NCBI RefSeq assembly: GCF_964204645.1
Contig: NC_134028.1
Location: forward strand, 19,723,653 to 19,787,652
Source of the DNA: Tubulanus polymorphus
Lineage: Eukaryota > Animalia > Nemertea
Length of the DNA: 64,000 nt
Direction of reading: 5' to 3'
Positions 1 to 13,097 of this stretch are shown here, in pieces (position 1 is the stretch's first letter; every line of letters begins with the position of its first letter). A program made the translations under genes and the position numbers. Under the pieces are notes generated by a model. The model was not told the DNA's origin and ran no database searches. It worked only from the letters and a program-made list of their open reading frames with translations.

Positions 1-161
1 TTATTCAGTTTCCCGGACACTTCATATTCAAGATATGGCCTTTTCCAATGAGAAAGACCTCCTTTTTATGGTGAAAAGTGCCCTTTCTCTTGAAATAGAA
101 CTGCCCATAAAAAAGCTCAACACAGGCCAGAGGAGCGGGTATTAGCAGGCATGGTACTTAC

Positions 162-3100
162 ATTATTTTGATGATCAATAACTACAGTGTGCCTCAACCC
201 TAAACCACGAAATAATTTAAACAATCGCGGCAGAGACATTGTCTGAAATACACAACAAATACACATGTCCTGTATCAACACGCTATACATATTGACCACT
301 GTATGAATATATGAATACAGATAAACGTTGTAAGAAACATACCTCTAATACAAGGTAAGGAGCAGGATTCATGTATGGACGCAGGTCTATATAACATTCT
401 CTTTCATGTCGAGATATATGAATTTGCTGAAACGTTGAAATATGGAACATTAAACAGCAGAAATCAAGCGAAATGTTTGAATTAACAAGCCACAAGATCA
501 ATACGTACATGAATGGATGGAAATCTCGGATATTCTTCCCTAAAATCACTAGATTTTAATTTTTTCGCAGCCTCATGACCGGTCATAGTCTCTTGAAATA
601 CCTGTCAAAATAAATATCGTTGACGAGGGGAGCCGCTAGTGATTTGAATAGTTGCTTGATTGATCAAGTCAAAACTGTACCTTCATCTTTAGCAGAACAA
701 TCAGTTGATTTCTGAGAATTAAACCTTGAAACGTCCCAAAACACCCAGATTCATTGGGGGCCTAGAAAAATCAAACATAGTACCAAGTACGGAGTTTAGG
801 AGGCACAGCAAACCCCCAAAACACAACGCATAGTACGTGGTGGCGCCAACAGCACTGCGGGCACTCCGAATCACAAACACATAGTACATTGTACAGCCTA
901 CAGGGGGCACTACAGATCCCCTAAATAAAAACACATAGTAAATTGTACCGCCTAGAGGTGGCACTGCAGATATCCAGAAAAACTGCGAGCCAGGAAAACA
1001 TACAGTATATCACAGTAGGCCTATAAACGCATGCATCTGCACACCTGGTCTAGTGTGGCAGGGGTTCGTGCTGTGGCTGAGTGTGGCGATGCCCAGGTTT
1101 GAATACCTGCCGAGGATGTAGGGAGCACAGAAGGCCTAGAAAACATAGTAAATTGTACTATCTAACGCAGATACGCGAGGCCAGTAAACACTAACACATT
1201 AACAATACATTGTACACTGTATATTGTACTGTACACAGGGGGCGCTCTAAACATAGAACAGTACATAGAACATCATATAGCACCAAAAGAGGCAGAATAA
1301 CATGAACATTATACCTGTTCAGGATCGATATCACAGACTACCGGGAAACCATTATGAGTTTCTTTCTTCAAAACGTCTACAATTCTTCCAACTTTTTCAA
1401 CAGTTCTTAACACGACCACAGGATGACTCATCACCTCTCTACAGATATACAACAAAATTCCTTACAGACAGAATTTCCCTTATATAATATTTACATTAAC
1501 CTGGTTTAACACTTACGTAGCGGATATATTAGCAGATATCGGCGGAGCGTCCCACAGTAATAGAGGTACACTCTGCAATTGTATGTGTATATCATACAAA
1601 CCCTACATAAAAAAAAAACATGAATAATAAAGTCATTACACAAACACTAAACCAGGATTAAAATAATACAAACCTCATTAAAATAATCCCCGACCCACTT
1701 GGCAACCATCAATATAATCATTATAGGTAAACCGAATGTGATACTTCCAGTTGCCTCGATGAGTATTACAGTTAAACTGATAGTCATTCTGACAACACCG
1801 CCTAACATCGCAGCAGCGCCTAATAGAGCGTATTTACCAGGGAGAGCCCAAGCCTACAAATACACATTATAATCAACAATCTATTAATAATCCTGGATTA
1901 GAGCGCGACGGAGGGGGAGGGGGTAATACTCACTAGATTCGGCCCGAGATATTGCACTAGTATTCCGATAAGACGACCCCAGGCAGCACCGGTCAGTAAA
2001 CAGGGTATAAATAAACCACTAGGTACAGATACACCGTACGTCCAGCAGGCTAGTAGAAAATACGCAATACAAAATACAGCTACAGTCACTGGCTGAAACG
2101 ATCCTACAATACAGGAATACAGCAATACAGAATTACAGCTCAATTCACCAGTAGAAATGATAGCACATTAGGTTTGATGACGGTTCATGGTAAAATTTAC
2201 AGTATAGTTTATAGGATGCGTCTTTTATCACCCCCAGGTGTTCTCTTACCTGCAGGGTCATGAAACAATGCGTGAACACTGCCCTCTGGTGTCTTAAAGA
2301 ACAGTGATGACATCGCATCATACTCGCCATCATTACAGAACATCTGTAAGAATATACAACAATTAGAACCAACTGGTGTGGGGTGGTACCGGGAGGGGGC
2401 TGGTACCAGTTGGTGGGGGAGGGGGGATGATTCTATACCTGTATAGGATGCTCATTGTCATCTTTACCAAGTGGTTGACAATCTTGCGAAAAATAAATCA
2501 AAGTAAATGCTACAGTAGCACTTAAACCAGCCACAATCATAGCTTCGAGTAACTGAGTCCATTTATGATAAACGTGTCTGAAAATATAAACATCAATTGT
2601 TATTATAGCACAGACCATAGAATCAATATCAAATTTTGTAGAACAGACTATGATAGAAACAACCTCTAGGGATCATTCATTTATTACGTACGCATAAAAT
2701 TTGAATTTTTCAACCCCCCTCCCCCTCTGTACGCCAAATCGGCCATTTTTTCATATACAGTAAGCATTACAGTACGCAATTGCACTGACCCCTCCCCCCT
2801 CCCTTGATGCGTACGTAATAAATGAATGACCCCAACTAATATCGATGATTGAGACTTACTTAATTCTAAAAACAGTCAGTTTATGATTGATATGATTAAA
2901 CAACGCTCCCAATAAGCCACCTAGAAATATAAAAACATCTGAGACATTAATACCGTTAAACTTGACTCAGATCAAAACTGAGATCAACAATTACCTATCA
3001 CTCCCATTAATATAAATATAGGTATCTCGACTCCACTGTAATTCAAACTCTACAAAAAAATAAACGCAAAACACATTTAATTACAAACTAGGGGTCCAGG

Positions 3101-6100
3101 GACACCATGCCCATTTGGGAAGTGGTTTCAAATGCCCAACAATCTAACAATTTCAATATTCAATATGGTCACCCCCTGGTGACCATATACAAAACCCAAT
3201 GATCTCGTAACTCACCACAATCATAGAATATGTCATGAGCTACAATTGTGCAATCGATTGTGGTAACAAAATATGCATAAGTACCAATGTAATATAGAAA
3301 TACAAAGTTATTGTATTATTTAGCGCCCCCTGGTGACCATATACCAAAATCACAACAATAATAGAACATGAGCTACAACTTTGCAATTGATTGTGGTTAC
3401 AAAACATGCATAGGTACCAATACAAATAGACAAATTGTTTAGTCAATATTGAACTGCCCCTGGTCTGGTGGCAAGAGCAAAGAATTGGGCGATTCTGATT
3501 CTACGTGAGATGTATCTTATGACAATAATAATCAAATATCAAGACTGTAAGTGAAAACCTGACATTTTCCTCAAAAAACTTTTTTCCGCCTACGAATGAG
3601 TACTGATGACACTATGATAGCCCCCAATTGCGTGATAATTGGCTGATCATTAATACAAACAGTGGAAAATGGCAAACCAGTAGGAAGCTACAAGACTCAG
3701 AATTTGGGCAAAAATTTTTGGGCACAAAAAAGGTCACAGGGTGGTTATCTTGAGTCTGATTGACCCAATTTTACTAATACCGATGGGCCCTTTGGATATA
3801 CAAGCATGCATGAAAAATCAAGTTAATTGATCAAAGTTTTTTCAAAATTTCCCTCGAAAACTTCAACTAGAGGTCCAGGGAGACTGTGCCCACATGGAAA
3901 GTCGTTTCAAATGCATAAGAATCTAACAATTTCAATATTCAATGCCCCCTGGTGACCATATACAAAAACCAATGAAACTCACCACAATCATAGAACATGT
4001 CAGCAGCTGCGATTTTTTAATTGATTGTGAACGTAATAGCCCGCTAAAAAGTGGGCTAAAAACCACTAGACTTAAACTGATCAATGCATAACTTACCTCA
4101 AACTTTCCGAAATTGATAAGACCAGGATAAGACAGTTCCCACGGATGACCGTGATAATAGCTTAGTAAAACATTCAAGGTGAAAGTGGAAATCATTGATG
4201 CAAAAAACTGAAAAAATACAAGATATGATCAAAAGGACCTATTGCTACCATCTATACACAACAGCTGGAACTACTGATTCTTACATTTCTCCAAGTTAGA
4301 GCTTGATTCCAAAAGCTAGCACCTTCTTCTAAACTAAATAATACACCACCTACAGGTGCACCAAATGCAGCTGCAACTCCAGCAGACGCACCTGCAGATA
4401 CAAAATCTCTCTTCTCCGTGTCTGAGCGGAAATATTCAAACACCTGAAAAAATTTAATCCGAAATATAGATTCAAATATGGGTGAATAATCAGTGATCAA
4501 GACTTCAACTTACTTTAAAATCGAATTGAAAAGTAGTAGTTCTACCCTGAGAGACACCAGCAGCAACAACTGCACCTGAGTGAATCATTGGACCTTCCTA
4601 AATACAATAATGAACTACTGGTTAATGAAAATTCTAAACTGCGATCAACAATAGAAATTGATATAGACAGCTACCTTGCCAACAGCTAGACCGCCGACTA
4701 CCGACATCATCACTCCGACCACTTTACACACTAACGTTCTAAACCGGACGACGTGAGGCACTTTTACACCGTTTAGAAAACATTTAATTTGTGGAATCCC
4801 GCTTCCAGCGGCAACTGACTGTAAAACAACAAACATCAATGAGCATCAGCAGCATCACCGTCTCCCTGAAACATTCTCTGAAACTCACTTACCTCTCCGA
4901 ATACAACACAGCAAGACGCAATCGCCACCGCAATCACGCTTATACCAAACCAGATGAGAAACGGTACAGACAAACATCCATCGTGCACGCATTTATCAAT
5001 ATCTGTGTATGGTGCACCGAGTGAAGGGTTCTGATAACACATAACTAACTATCTCAAATCAAATCGCAGATATTTCAGTAAAGGATACAATATTTGATAC
5101 ATGAGAATTTATATTTTGACAATTCAGTGATAACAACATCGATCAAAACAGCGATCATCGCAGTGAAAACACCAATCATAAATGCCACCCACCAGCGGGC
5201 CATCTGACACCTTAATACTGCCTAGAATACAGAATACAATACACAATCAATCAATCATAAACTCCACATTTAGGCCTAGTCCATTTATTAATGGATGATT
5301 TTAAAACCTGTTTTCCCGGGACTATTTCGCTTACTTTTTCGGGTATATACCCGGTGCCTCATTTAGGTCATAACCTGACCACAAAAATTACGGACAACCA
5401 CTGAATATGCGATGTCATTCCAGTTCTGTACCAATTAGAAAGATTGCCAACAAGTCTTTTAATCAAGTTAAATCACACAAAATATTTTACATTTTGTGAA
5501 ATTTCTTGAATTTGAACATTGCAATCCTTCTAATTGGTACAGAACTGGTATAGGCGTTATATCAGATATTCAATCGTTTTCATGATTTGGTATTCTGTTA
5601 AGATCTAAATAAGGTATGTTCCCCAAAAAGTACGCAGTATCCCAGAAAACAGGTCTCATCGATTAATAAACGGACTACGATACAGTGTCCCAGAAAACGG
5701 TTCCTCTGAAATGATCAAATATTTAGTTAATCTATTAATCTAGTTAATCTATATAGATGAATTTTTGTGATGGATTAGTAACAATCAGTAGGATATCTTC
5801 TTTTCATCTTAGGGATAAAGGGTCATGTAGACCTCGCCTGGCTGGTTTTCAAACACTAATTATTTCAAAACAAAACTTGATAAATAAAATTAGGCAGTTT
5901 AAATAGTAAAGCGGGTATATATTAAGGGCAGGTATCCGTTTGCAAAAAATTCCATTTTACGGAAAATTGAATTGAGTGATACATAATTATGTTGTTAATT
6001 GTTTTCTATTGATCATATGACAATAACACCTTGAAATCCTAAAGTCTCAAATTGACTGTAACTTATTGTGTCATGCACTGTACTCAAATGGACATTTGCT

Positions 6101-8628
6101 TGTTCTTGTTGGAATTTTCTTTTACGTAGATTCTATTTTTGACTGTTCTTTTGAGAAATAGATTTTCTTTATTGCCAGAGTCATTGACTTGGTTTTGGTG
6201 CTTTTACCATTATTTGTAAAAAGCCTAATTTCATTTATCAATTTTGGTTTTGAAGTAAAATGGAGTCAACCCTGCATAAGTTGTAGCTCTCGGGACTGCC
6301 GATTTTTCTACGACTTACGTGATGTACGAGTCATGTGTAAGTCGTATTTTTACGAATTATCTTTAAGTCGTGGTTTTATATGAATTCCACGAATAACTCG
6401 TGAAAATACGATATACACGATGCTCAGATTCCAGCAAGCTTCGTCATGTTCCCGGTCGTAGATCCTATATCGCTGAAATCTACCCTTGAGACCAAAATAA
6501 TCATACGAGAGATGTGATGATACGACTTATTCGACGACGACTTATGCCGTATTGACTGCACGTTGCTTCATAATTAGTGTTTGAAAACCAGGCGGGCGTG
6601 GTCTACTAGACCCATTATCCTTAATGTAAAGAAGACATCCTACTGATTACTAATCCATAACAAAATATTTTTTATTGACATATTCAATCATTCCAGAGAA
6701 ACAATTTTCTGGGACACACTGTATAGGCCTAGTTGAATTTCGGGTGAGAACAGTAGATATGGATTGTACTGGGATCATACCTGATAATTAGAAGTCCTTT
6801 GTTCTTTCTGATACAAACTATTTTCACAGTAATCATAATCCAAACTCTACAAAGAAATAATGTAAATCATCAACGATTAAATAACAGCGAATCAAACCAG
6901 GACGCAGTTCGCCAGTTGTTGCCTCAATTCGTTAAACGCTTTTGACCATGGAGTGAAATATCGAAGGAGGACTACAGTAGACTCCGCCCAAGTCGGCTCC
7001 GATCAACTCGAATAATCCTTCTACTCAATATTTTTTGTGACACTACGATGGAACCTCGTAATAACGAACTCGGATACAACGATTCATCGGATTCAAAAAA
7101 TATAGAATTTCGTCCCGAGTAAGAAAATTCAATTAATTTCATATTGGATATGAACGCACTATCGGTTATAACAAACAGATTTTCTGGTCGCGTTAAGTTC
7201 ACTGTAACGAGGTTCCACTGTATTTATGTACCGGTAATACACAACATCAAACTCGGATATTACTCAAGTCGGACACATTTTTGCGGTCCCAAAAATTCCG
7301 ACTTGAGTGGAGTCTACTGTATATGGATTGTGGATCGTGTGTGTGGACAACCTCATATTGTTGACTGAGAAGTTTCTCTTGAGTCGTTGATTCTGAACTG
7401 GTTCCGGAAGCGTCGTCGTCCTCCTCGTGCTCCTCCTCTATGTTACCATGGTGGTGTATTACATTTCTACTGCCCGAGTTGACCGTGTGTGCCTAAAAAA
7501 CAAAATATATATAAATTAAAACCTGGAAATACACTTTAAACATAGTATGAATACCGGGTACCAGATGATGTACGGGTTACCCTGGAACAACGGCTAGACA
7601 CTAGCCTACTAATATGATAATTAATCATGATAATTATTAATCACCATCAAATACGATTTTTCAGTTAATTCTTCCTTCGTTTTGCAACAACAAAGTCTAC
7701 TCCATATAAATCTCCGCGGAGCAGGGTTAGGGTAAGATCCGATATCAGCACCATTACTCCTAGACAGTCCGGCGGATCTCCTCGCAGGAGCGGGGTTAGA
7801 ATTTGAGTTAGATCCAGTAGGCGGGGTATCGTTATCCCATCGCGTCCCATGTTGATTTCTGGGGTCAGAATTATTATCAGCCACGTGATTCGTTTGATTT
7901 TGTGCGGAGATTCTTTTTAAATCAGTCATAGCTAAATACATCGAAACTGTTCAGCTAGAATCCAGCAGCAGCAGTATAGCCGTAATACTCTACGAATAGG
8001 CCTATACAAGTCATTTCAGGAACAACCGCTAGACACTATACCATAGCACCAGGAGTAAGTCATACTATTATGATACAACAGCGGGAATATTTAATAACAG
8101 GACTGGTGCTGCACTGGATTAGATAGATTTATTCATGAGGGGATTATAAACAAGTTCATCCCAGAGCAGTGACAGCTGTGACCGATAAGCCACCAGAGCA
8201 GACAGAGATGGGAATCGCAAGTGGTGGCTCCGTCCAAGCCCAGCAAACAGAGGGGGGTGTTAATCTTCTCTCAGAATTCTAATACAGAATTCTTATGGTC
8301 ATTTTGAGGGCTTGGCGTCCATTATTTGGTAATGCGCCACGGCATAGCAGGCGACTTGTTGGTCTTACGGGGTGGACTCTAGGTGTTTGATCTGATCAAT
8401 TAATTATATGAAAAACCGTATTCCAGAGTGGATTAATTCAGATTGGATGGATTCGCATTTGTGTGTGCCAATAATTCAACAGTTCAAAAGGAGATTTAAT
8501 AAAAATACTCTCTCATCTCAGACCATTTCAATGGTATCAACACTTACAAGTCCAATACTGTTTCTCCTATGAGTTATCAATGGAGTTTTCTCATCTAAAA
8601 TATCTTTCATTTCTCTAAATACTGACAT
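162..8628 (-). CDS. CLCN7: H+/Cl- exchange transporter 7 (ClC-7), multi-exon; last exon lies beyond the window start
   Basis: Spliced in-frame exons: 8548-8628, 7352-7492, 6781-6846, 5089-5221, 4893-5002, 4675-4818, 4514-4597, 4285-4443, 4097-4207, 2995-3049, 2860-2920, 2439-2577, 2250-2343, 1934-2103, 1674-1853, 1517-1602, 1315-1438, 681-761, 509-601, ~343-426, 162-242. CLC motifs GSGIP, GKEGP (gating Glu), SLEEGASFW (proton Glu), PSGLFIP and GLYD, plus CBS domains. ClC-7-type [14 protein letters not shown] and YPRFP are present. Confidence 0.96.
770..1290. repeat. Degenerate ~60-bp tandem repeat in a CLCN7 intron
   Basis: Recurring AAACATAGTA(A/C)ATTGTAC...GG(T/G)GGCAC units. Confidence 0.55.
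2669..2833. mobile_element. ~165-bp MITE (GGG-ended TIR, PIF/Harbinger-like); further copies at 14065-14231 and 15479-15627
   Basis: TIR GGGATCATTCATTTATTACGTACGCA / TGCGTACGTAATAAATGAATGACCCC; three similar copies in the window. Confidence 0.85.
3085..4072 (+). mobile_element. Helentron-associated (HINE/DINE-1-like) element, two adjacent partial copies
   Basis: Starts AACTAGGGGTCCAGGG, has ~120-bp internal repeats with GCCCCCTGGTGACCATATAC, ends GTGAACGTAATAGCCC..GTGGGCTAAAAA. Homologous to 20755-21861. Confidence 0.7.
5003..5088 (-). other. U12-type (minor spliceosome) GT-AG intron in CLCN7
   Basis: Donor reads GTATCCTTT. A branch-like ACCCTTCAC lies ~18 nt before a CAG acceptor that has no polypyrimidine tract. 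Splicing keeps the frame (KYYIDKC). Confidence 0.8.
5277..5678. mobile_element. TIR MITE (TAGTCC..GGACTA); related copy at ~53000-53600
   Basis: TAGTCCATTTATTAAT / ATTAATAAACGGACTA ends. Internal CAGTTCTGTACCAAT..ATCAAGTTAAATCACACAAAA recurs at ~53109. Confidence 0.65.
5684..6721. mobile_element. Tc1/mariner-like non-autonomous element (TA flanks) with long internal inverted repeats or nested MITEs
   Basis: TA|CAGTGTCCCAGAAAA ... TTTTCTGGGACACACTG|TA. Inner inverted pair TGGTTTTCAAACACTAATTA (~5844) / TAATTAGTGTTTGAAAACCA (~6571). Confidence 0.7.
6975..7319. mobile_element. Tc1/mariner/pogo-type MITE with TA TSD and a nested related MITE
   Basis: TA|CAGTAGACTCCGCCCAAGTCGG ... CCGACTTGAGTGGAGTCTACTG|TA. 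Inner GGAACCTCGT / ACGAGGTTCC pair. Confidence 0.8.
7645..7941 (-). CDS. CLCN7: Putative alternative first coding exon of CLCN7 (99 codons)
   Basis: Open frame [10 protein letters not shown]...[18 protein letters not shown] ends at an ATG|GTGATT donor in phase 0, which matches the acceptor at 7492. Confidence 0.55.
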
Positions 8629-9374
8629 CAGAGGCTGGTCATCTATTTATTTACTTTCCCAATCAAATGTCATAAGACCAATTCAATTCAATCAGATTGT
8701 ATTTTCAAGTTCAAAAAGTGACCGGCGGGGAGTGGTGTTCTTTGTAAATAGCTCAAATTTGTCTCTCTCCTTTTATGTTATGTTATCATTTGTCATTGTC
8801 TCTTTGTATTAATATTCTATTGCCGTGTCTGTCCTATGTAATTTTGTCGTTATACGGATGCAATAAATTTTTGAATTGAATTGAATCAGATGTTGTTGGG
8901 AGAAGGGTCATTCTTAAGAATCCGCAGACCTGCCCTGAGAGGCCACATGGCTTCTCAGGGCAGGAACCTGCCCTGAGAGGCCATTGGCGCAATTAAGCAG
9001 TATAAATGGAAAACTCGGCTATAATTCTGATGAAACGGCGAACTTTCTCGCCGATGTTTGACATGCACATTGTCGAGTCGAAATTAAATGGATTAAAATG
9101 AAATAAATTAAACGTATTGATATATCGACACTTAACAAATAAAATGAAAGTAATATTTCAATCAAAATTCATTCATAATAAGAAATGTATTTTCAAAAAG
9201 TTATGTAGTTAACCGACAACAAAAGTTATGGTGATTATATAAATTTCAAAGCATCAATTTAATTATTCAAATATCCTATAGGCCTACATAAACAATTTGT
9301 GTCGTCCACTGATATTAGTGCGTTTCAATATGCTGTATATTCTAATTCAACAGTGAATTTTTCGGGGGTTTCTA

Positions 9375-10130
9375 TAGTCTGAATACCAGTCGTTGTTACG
9401 GCGTACAACGTTTGACGCTACTAAAGTATCATATAGAGGTTAACTCCTGTTAATTGCAATGCAACAACTGATTTTAGTGTCAAATCAAACCTTTGTACTA
9501 AAATAAATGAATTAGTTACCTTGTTGACTTTGAAAACGTGTTTTAGAATAAATTTTTTGATGATTTAAATCGCGAATCGGAGAATTTATTGATTTGATTT
9601 GATTTGAATTGATTGCCGCTATCGGGATTTCCAATACGGACTAAATTAATAAAATGTGAAAATTCAATATGTCTCTCTAAAATTACTCTAAATGTTATTT
9701 TTTGTTGATAAAACGCATAAATTTTGGTCAATTTTAACCTTAAAAATTTGAAACAAGAATAATATCTGTATTGGCATCAATGTCAGTCCAAGTTTAAGTT
9801 CGAATCCGTAATTTACACTCCCATCATGCACCACGAAAAGCCGCCATATTTGTTATGGTGCTTCACTTCAACTATTTTTTGAGGCGACTAGTCAAAAGTT
9901 TTGAGCTACTACGATCGTCAAAAGCTACTTAGGATTACAAATTTATGCACAAACAATAGTTAACTTCCATCTGATTACAGAACAGTCAGTTTGAGGTAAG
10001 TTTATGGTGTTTTAAGGGGTGAAATAGACGCTCAGAGCCTCGTCCCTCAAAATGAGGGACGAAAATTAACCTTATATGAGCACTTTCGCCCTAGACGTTG
10101 TTTCAGGAACAACGGCTAGATACTAGTTTA
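9375..10130 (+). mobile_element. ~755-bp TAG..CTA element with 9-bp TSD (Academ-like), inverted copy of 17444-18197
   Basis: Flanks GGGTTTCTA / GGGTTCCTA. Reverse-complement similarity to 17444-18197 along its whole length. Confidence 0.85.
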
Positions 10131-10384
10131 GGGTTCCTACTGCTTTTGCAGAAACTCTATTGTAATTCTGCTGATCATATTTTTCTTCTCCGGGGTAAGG
10201 GTTGGTTGATCATATGTCATATTTCGTTAGGTTAATTACCTGTGAGCAGGCCAACTTTAATCAGTTTTATACTTTATCTAATGACAATGGTATAATTATA
10301 GTTGCCACATGCAATAAGGCATACCCAATTGAATCTAATCTGATCAGCCCTGCGGGTGCAATTATAGACGTAGTCTACTGTCGT

Positions 10385-11422
10385 CAACCTGCCCTGAGAG
10401 GCCAGTTTCATTCTGCAGAAATCAACCTGCCCTGAGAGGCCAGTTTAACTGCTGCAGTTTGAGTTCTGCAGATCACCTGCCCTGAGAGGCCAGTTCAACT
10501 GCTGCAGTTTGACTTCCGATATCAACCTGCCCTGGGAGGCCAGTTCAACTGCTGCAGTTTGACTTCTGATATCAACCTGTCCTGAGAGGCCAGTTCAACA
10601 GCTGCAGATTGACTTCCGATGTCAACCTGCCCTGAGAGGCCACTTTCATTCTGCAGAAATCAACCTGCCCTGAGAGGCTAGTTAAACTGCTGCTGTTTGA
10701 GTTCTGATATCACCTGCCCTGAGAGGCCAGTTTCATTCTGCAGATATCACCTGCCCTGAAAGGCCAGTTCAACTGCTGCAGTTTGACTTCCGATATCAAC
10801 CTGCCCTGAGAGGCCAGTTTCATTCTGCAGATATCACCTGCCCTGGGAGGCCAGTTCAACTGCTGCAGTTTGAGTTCTGGAGATCACCTGCCCTGAAAGG
10901 CCAGTTCAACTGCTGCAGTTTGACTTCCGATATCAACCTGCCCTGAGAGGCCAGTTTCATTCTGCAGAAATCGACCTGCCCTGAGAGGCCAGTTGAACTG
11001 CTGCAGTTTGAGTTCTGATATCACCTGCCCTGAGAGGCCAGTTTTATTCTGCAGAAATCAACCTGCCCTGAGAGACCAGTTCAACTGCTGCAGTTTGACT
11101 TCTGATATCACCTGCCCTGAGAGGCCAGTTTCACTCTGCAGATATCACCTGCCCTGAGAGTATAGTTTAACTGCTGCAGTTTGACTTCCGATATCAACCT
11201 GCCCTGAGAGGCCAGTTTCATTCTGCAGATATCACCTGCCCTGAGAGTCTAGTTTAACTGCTGCAGTTTGACTTCCGATATCAACCTGCCCTGAGAGGCC
11301 AGTTTCATTCTGCAGAAATCAACCTGCCCTGAGAGGCCAGTTTCATTTTGCCTAAATCAACCTGCCCCGAGAGCTGCTGCAGTTTAACTTCCAATATCAA
11401 CCTGCCCTGAGAGGCCAGTTTC
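10385..11422. repeat. Tandem array (~24 units of ~38 and ~50 bp) built on ACCTGCCCTGAGAGGCCAG
   Basis: Directly visible. The core motif is the same as the subterminal motif of the enclosing TIRs. Confidence 0.95.
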
Positions 11423-13097
11423 GTTTCGATAATACAGATTTTTCCTACACTTGCAATCTAGGCTAGGCCTCACGCATGTTACCAAAATGAGTTTAGAAAA
11501 TGTGTCGAATGTTTTATATTGACGTAATGAGCAATTGCGGCGTGCTCTCCTCATCTCTTCGTCACCACCCATTAATGTGTGAGCAAGCCGATAGCCAGTT
11601 TAATTACGATGCGATAAGGACTTTGTTATTTAACACAAGTGCATTCATATTTATTGATGCATACAATGTATAGAAATACGTATGCAAATGTAACACAAGA
11701 AAGTGAAGTGCAAAGAAATTAGAAGGAACATATAGCACGTTAATCGTAAATTATAGATTACAGATAAAAACAGCGCCGCTTGGAATCATATTATTTAATT
11801 TTTACAAAAACTTGTATCATCGTTATCATTAATTACCTAACATAGCAGCAAAATTCTATTCCTGAGAATAATTGTGATTTTCTTCTTCATTAAGTTATAG
11901 ATGAAATTTTTTTATGAAGTTTTGATAAGAAATGTTCCCACAGAGAAAAGTTTTTTCATTTCTTTATTTCTATGAAAAATATTAGTATTTTTTAATTTGT
12001 TTCTGAAAAATACCAATTTTAATTATATTTTCTTATATATTTCAACAAAAATTCATGTTTTGATTTTAGGTAACTTTTGTTTCCCTATCGTCTTGAATTT
12101 TTAACTGTTTTAGCTTAATATGATTAAAAGCATTTGTATTTCTCAATTTATTTCTATAGAATACAGCGTAGTCTTCTATTGTATGATCGAAAACTTTAGT
12201 TTGAATCTGAATATCCCGATCACCTTGCCACCATTTCAGCTCACTCTGTTGAATGGGTTTTCATTTTCTATTGATTCAAACCACTGGCCTCTCAGGGCAG
12301 GTCCCTGCCCTGAGAAGCCATCTGGCCTCGGTGGCCTCTCAGGGTAGGTTCTGGAAAATCTGCAGAATGACTCATATGGTTGTTGTTGGTAAACGACCTT
12401 AAACTCAAGGTTAATTTTAGCCGTAGAAAAATTCTAACGTTAAATCTAGACCTATCCGAACTTTTATGAAATTTTGGTCTAAAATTTAATACTCCAATTA
12501 GCTTGATAACCTCTGAGAAATAGGATTTCAAACGACATAGTACAAACTAGCCCAACGCTTGTTCTGAGACGGGCTACATCTATCACAATGCGCCATCTAT
12601 CGCATTGTAATGATGTCACATATATCTTGAAAAACAGGGGATGTCCTCTTGCATTGCTACTGGCGATTCTAGTAAAAACGCCTACCCTTATAATCATAAG
12701 GGTTATCCCCATTAGATTCTAACAGTCTAGCTACCAATGGGCTGTCCTGGGTTTCGGTTTCAGCATGACAATTCACCCAATCCAGAGTCTTGAGAATGAG
12801 AGGTTCTCTCTGACCTAAAAACGGCTGCAAGATGCCAGATTTTGAAACGAAAGGCAAGCGAGGTGTCCTAAATTCTCACAACAGGTCACCCAGATTGAAA
12901 GGGTGTCATAAAAGTTTTAAAATCGAGTAAACAACTGTTTCAGATACTGAATGAAAATAGGTTTCAGTGAAACAATCCCAATCAAGTTCAAACTCAAGGG
13001 TAACTTACAAATACTTTTTACAAAGTGGCTATTTTACTTTTTATTACAATAACGATTCATCATATACATGAAATTATAAATATTGTATGAATAAGTT

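Larger units (their letters stand above)
8905..12373. mobile_element. ~3.5-kb non-autonomous TIR element containing a satellite array and a nested insertion
   Basis: Left end GGGTCATTCT..ACCTGCCCTGAGAGGCCACATGGCTTCTCAGGGCAGG is the inverse of 12283-12373 (..CCTGCCCTGAGAAGCCAT..AGAATGACTC). No clean TSD seen. Confidence 0.75.

Noticed and set aside
10385-11422. CRISPR-like repeat-spacer appearance
   Set aside because: The 'spacers' are themselves two recurring sequences, the context is eukaryotic, and there are no cas genes.
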